A stretch of 53,890 nucleotides of DNA from positions 1 to 53,890 of IMG/VR virus record IMGVR_UViG_3300047392_000215. The stretch is one strand, 5' to 3'. The position numbers and the translations under genes were made by a program. Positions within the stretch are counted from its first letter, which is position 1; each line of letters opens with the position of its first letter. Source of the DNA: a virus (lineage: Duplodnaviria > Caudoviricetes). This document shows positions 47,569 to 53,890 of this stretch, one piece after another. Below the pieces are notes generated by a model, which searched no databases, was not told the origin of the DNA, and saw only the letters and a program-made list of their open reading frames with translations.

Positions 47569-49412
47569 AGTTCGTAAATTTCATTGACATATCCTTCTTG
47601 ATCGCCAAATCTACTTTCAACGGATAGTGGATTATTTGGAGATTCATTATAAGCCCAATCTTCTTTCCCTAACTCTTCAAATCTTGCTTTGATTTGCTCA
47701 TTATAATGGTACATAATTGTTTTAACTCTACGTTGAATATCTGCTCGACCTAAATTATGAGAGTTTGTAGTATTACCGTCATCATAAATAAATTGAAGGT
47801 AACCTAATCGTGGTATTCTCATCATCTTGGTTTTCAAGAATGTTCTAACGATTAATTCATAATCATCCGCAATTGTAAGGTCTCTACAGTGTCCGCCTAT
47901 TTCAAAATAAGTTTCTCTTCTCCATGCTCGAACATGGTTCGGAACTCCAACGATATGTCTAATTGTTTTTGGATTAATATTAGAAGATACTGCTACTTCA
48001 AAATCTTTGCCCATTACATTTTCAGTTACATAATGTCCATAACTAAATGCAAATCCTGGTCCATATTTTAATGAATTCCAGTTTTGATCGATTTCAGCAG
48101 AATCTGTATAAAAGAATCCTACATCTTTATGTTTTTGAGAAGCATTAAATAAATCTTCAGTACATGTTGGAACTAAATAATCGTCATGGTCTAATTCGGC
48201 TAAGATATAACCTCTAGTAAGAGTTGCACATCTCCATTTTACTTCACCAATATTACCTCCACTTTTTGGATTAAAATCAAATACCTTAACTCGTGGATCT
48301 AATGAAGCTATTTTCTGAGCAATTTTAAGAGTTGCTCCTCCATCGCTAGAATCATTTACCATAACCCATTCCCAGTTAGTATAAGTTTGTTTTGTTAATG
48401 ATTCGTAAGTCATCCATAGTTTCTCTCCAGTATTATAAATTGGAGTAAAATAAGAAATCAATTTAGAAATATCATTCTCTAACATTGCACCCATAGCGCA
48501 TTGATATGCTTTCTCTCCGGCTAAAGGATCTTTAGAATCAACATTGATCCACATTTTTCTTAATTCATATGGAGCATTCCATAGATTAGTTAAATCTGCT
48601 GGATTTTCATATGCACTTACAATTGCAATTGGTTTGATTCTAGTAATATCATTGTAGATATTTGAATCATCCTTAATATATTCAACATCAAGTTCACTTG
48701 ATTCCCAATTTACCGGGTTATTTGATTCTAGAACTGGAGTACCTTCTCCAATATAGAGAATCTTCGGTACTTTAGCTTTAGATGGTTTTTGTAAATAGTT
48801 ATAGTGTGATAGAATCTTGTCAATGAATAAGAATCCGTCTGGATTTACTTCATATACTTTTTCTATAAATTTACCATCTGCGTCATAACCACCTTTAAAA
48901 TCAAAATCATTGAAAACTGATCTGTGTAAGATGAATTGTGCTAAGTCAATTGACCTAACTTTCATATTTTCTGGTTTTGCGTATCTAACATCGACGCCTG
49001 TAAAATCTTTACCAGCAACATGTTGATTAAATACAATTCCAACATGATTTCCAGCTTCGCAGAATCCTACAAGAGCTTCAAAATTATCAAATAATTTTTC
49101 ATGCAAAACATTGTCATCATCTAGAGAATAGATCCAGCCCTCTTGAATATTATCAATAATGATTTTGTTCATTTGAGGATATAAGTAATCTCCACCTTGA
49201 GAAAACTCAAAATAGAGTTTAGCATTGTACTCTTCTTGTAATCTACCAAGAATTTCAGCATCAATATCTTTTAATCTTGTCGAGTCAAAGATAACATGCC
49301 ATCGTACTTGTAATTTACCATCTTTAGTCGGTAGAGATTCTCCAACTTTGATGATATTGTTTAATCTACTACATCTAGTTATGATGTGTAAGATCCTGTT
49401 TTTATCATTCAT
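47565..49412 (-). CDS. Tandem two-domain glycosyltransferase (GT-A x2)
   Basis: Domain 1 WIYSLDDDN...ADG; domain 2 ISYFTPIYN...QTYTNWEWVMVND...AELDHDD...ADDYEL. Confidence 0.9.
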   Translation of the reverse strand: MNDKNRILHIITRCSRLNNIIKVGESLPTKDGKLQVRWHVIFDSTRLKDIDAEILGRLQEEYNAKLYFEFSQGGDYLYPQMNKIIIDNIQEGWIYSLDDDNVLHEKLFDNFEALVGFCEAGNHVGIVFNQHVAGKDFTGVDVRYAKPENMKVRSIDLAQFILHRSVFNDFDFKGGYDADGKFIEKVYEVNPDGFLFIDKILSHYNYLQKPSKAKVPKILYIGEGTPVLESNNPVNWESSELDVEYIKDDSNIYNDITRIKPIAIVSAYENPADLTNLWNAPYELRKMWINVDSKDPLAGEKAYQCAMGAMLENDISKLISYFTPIYNTGEKLWMTYESLTKQTYTNWEWVMVNDSSDGGATLKIAQKIASLDPRVKVFDFNPKSGGNIGEVKWRCATLTRGYILAELDHDDYLVPTCTEDLFNASQKHKDVGFFYTDSAEIDQNWNSLKYGPGFAFSYGHYVTENVMGKDFEVAVSSNINPKTIRHIVGVPNHVRAWRRETYFEIGGHCRDLTIADDYELIVRTFLKTKMMRIPRLGYLQFIYDDGNTTNSHNLGRADIQRRVKTIMYHYNEQIKARFEELGKEDWAYNESPNNPLSVESRFGDQEGYVNEIYEL

Positions 49413-49417
49413 ATTTA

Positions 49418-50344
49418 TTAAATTACGTCAAAAAAGAACATGTGAAAGAATCTTGCATTCTCTATAGCATCGCCAAAGTATTTACTTGGCGCATGAATTT
49501 GTTTAGCATCAAATAGAACTAAACGGTTGTACACATTACCAACCTCATCAATTTTGTCAAAATGAGTTCCATCATAGAAGTTCATTTCAGCATTTTTACC
49601 TTTAAATGAAGCAACATAAGCTTCTTCATCTAGGGAAGGGTCATCAAATCTCTTTCTTCCAGTAATTTTACTAGAATAAGTAGAAGTACCTGTATCGAAT
49701 GGAGCATCCTTAGTTAAGAATACCATACCTGCATAATTTTGAGTATCTACATGAAATACTAATGGATCATTTGCTACACAATATTGGAATACACCATTTG
49801 CATATCTTTCATAATTCCAATTAGTAATTTCTCGACCAATGATTTTTTCTAACTTCTCTTTAGTACCTTCTAAGATAAATCTTTCAGCACTTCGTTTACC
49901 TTTATGATAATTAGAAGGATTAAAATCTAGATTTTTCATAGCAAAATCTCTGACAAAATCAGGATTAGCGTAGAAGTTATCAACAACAATTAGACCTTTA
50001 TTCTCATTTGCAAATCCAGAATGGAATGCGATATAGTTATCAATGTTTCCGCAGTTGTATTTGAAATCTCCAAAATGCACGGTAATATCCTTACCCGCTC
50101 TAAAAATGAATTCAACTCCAACTTTAGTGTCTTTACCTGGATAGTAGTCCTGTACATCAGGTCGATGTGTTCTTTCGAATGATATTTCTATTTCATTGAT
50201 ACTCAATGAACTAACTGGTTTAAAGTGGTCACCATCCTTGACAACGATCCAACCTTTTGCTTTGTAATAAACACTTTCTTGTTTTTCAATTGAATCAAAA
50301 TACCAAAATACGTTCTGGTTTAAAGTGTAATGAGAGGTAATCAT
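49418..50344 (-). CDS. 2OG-Fe(II) oxygenase-like protein (DUF6445-like) with an N-terminal accessory domain
   Basis: IVVDNFY.NPD.VR, HVD, YAGMVFLT, GT, NVYNRLVLFD...HA, R..HMFFF. Confidence 0.8.
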   Translation of the reverse strand: MITSHYTLNQNVFWYFDSIEKQESVYYKAKGWIVVKDGDHFKPVSSLSINEIEISFERTHRPDVQDYYPGKDTKVGVEFIFRAGKDITVHFGDFKYNCGNIDNYIAFHSGFANENKGLIVVDNFYANPDFVRDFAMKNLDFNPSNYHKGKRSAERFILEGTKEKLEKIIGREITNWNYERYANGVFQYCVANDPLVFHVDTQNYAGMVFLTKDAPFDTGTSTYSSKITGRKRFDDPSLDEEAYVASFKGKNAEMNFYDGTHFDKIDEVGNVYNRLVLFDAKQIHAPSKYFGDAIENARFFHMFFFDVI

Positions 50345-50379
50345 ATTTTATAGTATTATAGTGTAAAATTCTAACTTGT

Positions 50380-51408
50380 TTATCTTCTCTTTTTATCGAA
50401 GTTTATATATGTATCTGGATTTACCATGAGCTCTCCGCCAATTGATTTCATACCATGAATAATCTCATCCTTAGTAGATCCTTTATCAACTAATTCAACT
50501 ACAACTTGCTCGAAGAATTGGTTATGTTTTTCTAGATCCGTAAACTTCCAATTCTTAGGACAGCATCCACAAAAATATTGCTCTAATCTGATATAACCAT
50601 ATTTGCAACTAAATTCTGGTCCAGCAAATCCACATGGTTTTAAGCTTACATAATATGAATCCCAATCTAGTTTAAAAGGCCAATGTTCATCATGTACAAA
50701 GGCTCCAAATTTCATGAAAGCTGATTTAAGTTGAAATCCTTCAGCCTCTTTTTCGATTTCAGCTCGACCCCAATTTGGGTTTCCTTTAACTTCAATTGCG
50801 TCTCCATTCTCATCAAAGAATTCAGGCAATGGAAAGATTCCAGTATCATAGAATCTTTGGTTACGTCGAAAAACTGGGTTATTTGTATATTCTTTTTTCG
50901 AGAGTAACCAATATTGAATATCACTAAATGATTTCTCTTCTAAGAGAACCTCTTCTTTTAACCAATATGAATATCCAAATTGTCTGTCATCAATATCGTT
51001 TTGGTATCTTCGTAAAACCATCTGGTCTAATTCTGGAGTCTGATCAAATAAGTCAATCATTCTCTCAATCCAGTTATTTTCTAATTTGCTAATCATTTGA
51101 GGAAGACAAGTCCAATCTCCTTCTAGGAAAAGAACATACTCAACATGCTCAGTCATTCTATTTAGTTGATTGATTCCAGCACCAACTCCTAAATTCTTTT
51201 TAGAAAGTTCAAGGTGCCATGAGATATTAGAATACTGATTAAATAATCTTTCAGTCACTTCTAATAATTCATCATTATATGAATTTAAGAATATGTACCA
51301 ATCTCCGTCAAAATTAGGATTAGCATCTAGAAAAGAGACAATAGTTCTTTCTAGATATTCTGCTCTAAGTTGAGCATCATGAGACATTGTTGCTATACAG
51401 AATTTCAT
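50380..51408 (-). CDS. Putative GT-A fold glycosyltransferase with a Cys-rich C-terminal segment
   Basis: YLERTIVSF, NLGVGAGIN, YVLFLEGDW, YTNNP; C-terminal C..C..CGCC cluster. Confidence 0.7.
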   Translation of the reverse strand: MKFCIATMSHDAQLRAEYLERTIVSFLDANPNFDGDWYIFLNSYNDELLEVTERLFNQYSNISWHLELSKKNLGVGAGINQLNRMTEHVEYVLFLEGDWTCLPQMISKLENNWIERMIDLFDQTPELDQMVLRRYQNDIDDRQFGYSYWLKEEVLLEEKSFSDIQYWLLSKKEYTNNPVFRRNQRFYDTGIFPLPEFFDENGDAIEVKGNPNWGRAEIEKEAEGFQLKSAFMKFGAFVHDEHWPFKLDWDSYYVSLKPCGFAGPEFSCKYGYIRLEQYFCGCCPKNWKFTDLEKHNQFFEQVVVELVDKGSTKDEIIHGMKSIGGELMVNPDTYINFDKKRR

Positions 51409-51444
51409 ATTATTATAATATTATACTACATTCTATATATAAAG

Positions 51445-51507
51445 AAAAACCGGCATCTGCCGGTTAAAAAAGACCCGAGAGCAGTTCTAATGGTATGCTA
51501 CTCGGGT
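51445..51507 (-). terminator. Two tandem terminator-like hairpins after the Hint-adhesin gene
   Basis: Minus strand ACCCGAGTAGCA-N12-TGCTCTCGGGT-CTTTTTT, then AACCGGC-AGAT-GCCGGTT followed by a T run. Confidence 0.75.
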
Positions 51508-51525
51508 ACTGTTATTATGTTATTG

Positions 51526-52662
51526 TTATATTTTAACTGGTCGATTGTGTGTGATTAAACCATTTGCAATATACGTATCCGTTGTTTCAACGTTCATATC
51601 ATATACAATTTTTCTTGGTTTTCCAGGATCTGTTTCATCTCCTTCAACATGTTCATAAAAATCAATTGAAACAATTTCAATACTATTTCCTTCCTTATCA
51701 ACTAGAAAATCTCCAACCTGAACATTTTTTGCCTGTTCAAATTTCCAAGCATCTCCTCTTTTAATAAAATGTGCATGTGAATCAGAAGATTCAAGTAAAC
51801 CATTATTAAAAATATAAGTTTGCGCAGTTGCAATTGGAATAATAGATTTAACCCTAACTTCAGTTTCAGTTAAGTTTAATTCTTCAGTTGACCACCCAAC
51901 AATTGTATCGTCTTCAGGAGCATCACTAATTTTTACACCTTTTAGAACATCACCAACCCGGATTTTTTCAACTAACTTATGAGTTCCATCAGCCATTTCA
52001 ATACTAGTTCCTTTAGTTAAACAAGCACCTGCACCTAAACATTGTTCGCCATATGAATAACCACCATAATCCAATCTTTCCCAACAAGATGGTACATATT
52101 GTCCATAATAGTAGTCAGACCAATAGATACCGTCGCAATCTGTTCCAGAAAAATGCTGATAATAATATAAATAATTAATATAACATGTTGGACCTCCTGA
52201 TGGAGGATTATAAGCAAAATTAGCACCTAGATAATAAGTATCTTGCCATCCATTTGTTGGAACATAATAACTAACGCTAGCATTATATGACCAGATTTCA
52301 TAAGGATTCCGTCTCATCCAATAGCTAAAAGCCCAGTTTGCGTCAGGTATTGCATTTAAACTTACCCATGAATTATTATTAGATGTAACAGCATAAGATT
52401 GCGGAGGATAAAAAGCACCGGCAGTATATCCACTAGACCATGGTGATGTAATTGCAACTTGACCGGATCCAGAATCAACCGCAAGAGTCCAACATTTACT
52501 ATCAATCCAACTATATGTCGCAAATGCCATATTTCCAGTTGATCCGTATCCAGCAAACATACCTCTAATTGATGATGCTGTTGTAAATCCACCATAACCA
52601 CATTCAACTAACGACCTTAATTGTGAAAGTGAATATCCGTCGTAATATGTTAATTTACTCAT
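51526..52662 (-). CDS. Putative fibre-tip adhesin with a C-terminal Hint domain
   Basis: N-terminal YSLSQLRSL..GG pattern typical of proteins encoded after S74 fibres. VSLNAIPDANWAFSYW Ig/B-repeat-like motif and a Tyr/Cys-rich segment. CLTKGTSIEMADG...SDSH...YIANGLITHN. Confidence 0.7.
   Translation of the reverse strand: MSKLTYYDGYSLSQLRSLVECGYGGFTTASSIRGMFAGYGSTGNMAFATYSWIDSKCWTLAVDSGSGQVAITSPWSSGYTAGAFYPPQSYAVTSNNNSWVSLNAIPDANWAFSYWMRRNPYEIWSYNASVSYYVPTNGWQDTYYLGANFAYNPPSGGPTCYINYLYYYQHFSGTDCDGIYWSDYYYGQYVPSCWERLDYGGYSYGEQCLGAGACLTKGTSIEMADGTHKLVEKIRVGDVLKGVKISDAPEDDTIVGWSTEELNLTETEVRVKSIIPIATAQTYIFNNGLLESSDSHAHFIKRGDAWKFEQAKNVQVGDFLVDKEGNSIEIVSIDFYEHVEGDETDPGKPRKIVYDMNVETTDTYIANGLITHNRPVKI
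51544..52023 (-). other. Hint (intein-like/BIL-type) domain within the 378-aa protein
   Basis: Block A CLTKGT after GAGA, block B SDSH, terminal VYDMNVE..TYIANGLITHN; the +1 residue is Arg. Confidence 0.9.
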
Positions 52663-53428
52663 TGTTGGTTAATATATTTTTTTGAATCCATCTGTGTTGA
52701 TATTTATAACCATTTAAATACTTGTCTTTACTAAAAAGTGATTTAGGTACAACATCATAAGTTTCAGGAATTATCTGTGGATCGATATCAATAATTGTAT
52801 CTTGAATAGAGAATCCGTGATCTTCTAAAATTAATTTAATATTACATGGAACTTCATCAGCCTCATTAACAATAATATTATTCTGCATTCTAGAGTTATT
52901 ACAACTCCACCAAGTAAAGATACCGTCTTGATTAAGGAATTTATTAACTTGATTTGCAAATCCAAAGATTCCATTGTAATCTTCAGGAAATGCATCATAT
53001 CCAACGTTATAGTATATAAAATCAAAATCAGTAGGGAATCCTTCGACACGAGTTGAATCTTCCCAACGATCTTCAATAATATGTGTTGTTCCTCCAGTTT
53101 CAAATCCAGCAAGAGACATTCGGTCTCTTTGAAATTTGTTTGATTCAATAATCCAATGTTCTGCTGGTTCTAAATCTCTAATTAAAGAGTTTAACATGCC
53201 AATTCCATTTCCAACTACTAAAACCTTTTTACCAGCAATATTGCTTGTAAATCTAGTTACAGTGTCTTGAATTACTGGCATATCGAATGGGTTCATAGAC
53301 CAAATATAATAATTCTGTTGTGAAATCAGAATATTTAAATTTGGGTCATAAACATAACACATTGCCTGTTTTTCCTTATCCAATGGTGCAACATTATATT
53401 GAACAATATAGTCGATTCTTGCTTGCAT
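52655..53428 (-). CDS. Class I SAM-dependent methyltransferase (GAMT/Rmt2-like)
   Basis: KVLVVGNGIG motif I, P.EHWIIE, IIEDRWED, FDFIYY, L..DGIFTWW. Confidence 0.75.
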   Translation of the reverse strand: MQARIDYIVQYNVAPLDKEKQAMCYVYDPNLNILISQQNYYIWSMNPFDMPVIQDTVTRFTSNIAGKKVLVVGNGIGMLNSLIRDLEPAEHWIIESNKFQRDRMSLAGFETGGTTHIIEDRWEDSTRVEGFPTDFDFIYYNVGYDAFPEDYNGIFGFANQVNKFLNQDGIFTWWSCNNSRMQNNIIVNEADEVPCNIKLILEDHGFSIQDTIIDIDPQIIPETYDVVPKSLFSKDKYLNGYKYQHRWIQKNILTNNE

Positions 53429-53429
53429 A

Positions 53430-53890
53430 TTATTTATTTTCTAAGTTTTTAACTTTTTCTGATAATTCTTTAATTGCTTCAATTAAGACTCCAATTAGGT
53501 CATTATAACTTACCTTTTTATATCCATCTACTCCGTCAACTACAATATCTGGTAGGACTTGTTCGATTTCTTGTGCAATTACACCAGTTCTTAATCTATC
53601 TTTTAGAGCATTCTTAAGTTTAAATTGAACACCTCTAAGAGATTCAACTGTTTGTAATGCATTATCTATAGTTTCAATATCTTCTTTTAATCTAGAGTCA
53701 GAACTAATAGTAACATCAACAAATGTTGGTGAATCAACTGTTCTAGTGTATTGATTCATTGCATTTGCATAACCATTATTTGGAATATAAGAAGTCCAGT
53801 TTGTATTTGTTATAATTGCTCTCCACCCATAAAAAGTACCATTGGTTACTCTTCTAATATTAAAACTGTCACCGTGGAATTGATGTTGTA
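53430..53890 (-). CDS. C-terminal part of a tail fibre with a peptidase S74 intramolecular chaperone (5' end outside the window)
   Basis: Frame is open from the window edge (QHQFHGDSFNIRRVTNGTFYGWRAIITNTNW...MNQYTRTVDSPTF); SSDSRLKEDI...GVIAQEIEQVLP...LIEAIKEL. Confidence 0.9.
   Translation of the reverse strand, partial: QHQFHGDSFNIRRVTNGTFYGWRAIITNTNWTSYIPNNGYANAMNQYTRTVDSPTFVDVTISSDSRLKEDIETIDNALQTVESLRGVQFKLKNALKDRLRTGVIAQEIEQVLPDIVVDGVDGYKKVSYNDLIGVLIEAIKELSEKVKNLENK

Noticed and set aside
51441-51507. GC-rich structured segment as a tRNA or other known ncRNA
   Set aside because: No cloverleaf or T-loop GTTC in a tRNA context; two simple hairpins with U tracts fit terminators.
789-53148. 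Short alternative-frame minus-strand ORFs nested in larger genes (e.g. 789-980, 9782-9970, 35573-35782, 52831-53148)
   Set aside because: Fully nested, no motifs, and Leu/Ile/Gln-rich off-frame composition.
2450-53508. All plus-strand ORFs in the track (e.g. 3050-3475, 25257-25628, 45615-45965)
   Set aside because: They lie antisense to long motif-bearing minus-strand genes and have the Ser/Leu/Phe/Ile-rich composition of shadow frames.
53430-53759. Stand-alone 109-aa S74 protein as given in the ORF track
   Set aside because: The frame stays open to the window edge, so it is the C-terminus of a longer fibre.
1-53890. Stop-codon reassignment as in some large Bacteroidetes phages
   Set aside because: The standard code already gives long, abutting, complete genes with no fragmentation of known families.
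51526-53890. Diversity-generating retroelement or invertase shuffling of the fibre/adhesin
   Set aside because: No reverse transcriptase, recombinase or template/variable repeat pair was seen in the window.

Overview
A very AT-rich, densely coding window with all credible genes on the minus strand in the standard genetic code. It reads as part of a large T4-like/jumbo myovirus genome, with a Bacteroidetes (Flavobacteriia-like) host inferred from its ribosomal protein S1 and bS21 homologs, TAnnTTT(G/A)-type promoters and A-rich, mostly SD-less starts. Left half (1-30.8 kb): baseplate, neck and fibre module (gp5-, gp6-, gp13-, gp25-, gp53-like genes and a collagen/collar fibre), interrupted by an amidoligase and an S1 gene. 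Middle (31-46 kb): small early and accessory genes (dCMP deaminase, UvsE, RNase HII, PhoH, bS21, DnaJ, Hsp20, exonuclease, ATP-grasp). Right end (46-54 kb): an S74-chaperoned tail fibre, a methyltransferase, a Hint-terminated putative adhesin, glycosyltransferases and 2OG-Fe(II) oxygenases. Most notable: (i) two fibre/adhesin-like proteins end in intact, non-canonical Hint domains (C...HN-K/R-P), each beside modifying enzymes, including an unannotated nucleotidyltransferase ORF at 1-262; (ii) three paralogous 'F..xEEYEKC..L' UVR-like proteins are interleaved with DnaJ, Hsp20 and bS21; (iii) three unrelated proteins carry a T4-like capsid-targeting leader; (iv) several promoter classes are visible, plus hairpins that enclose a promoter and occlude a start region. 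All functional calls come from motif recognition by eye; no database search was run.
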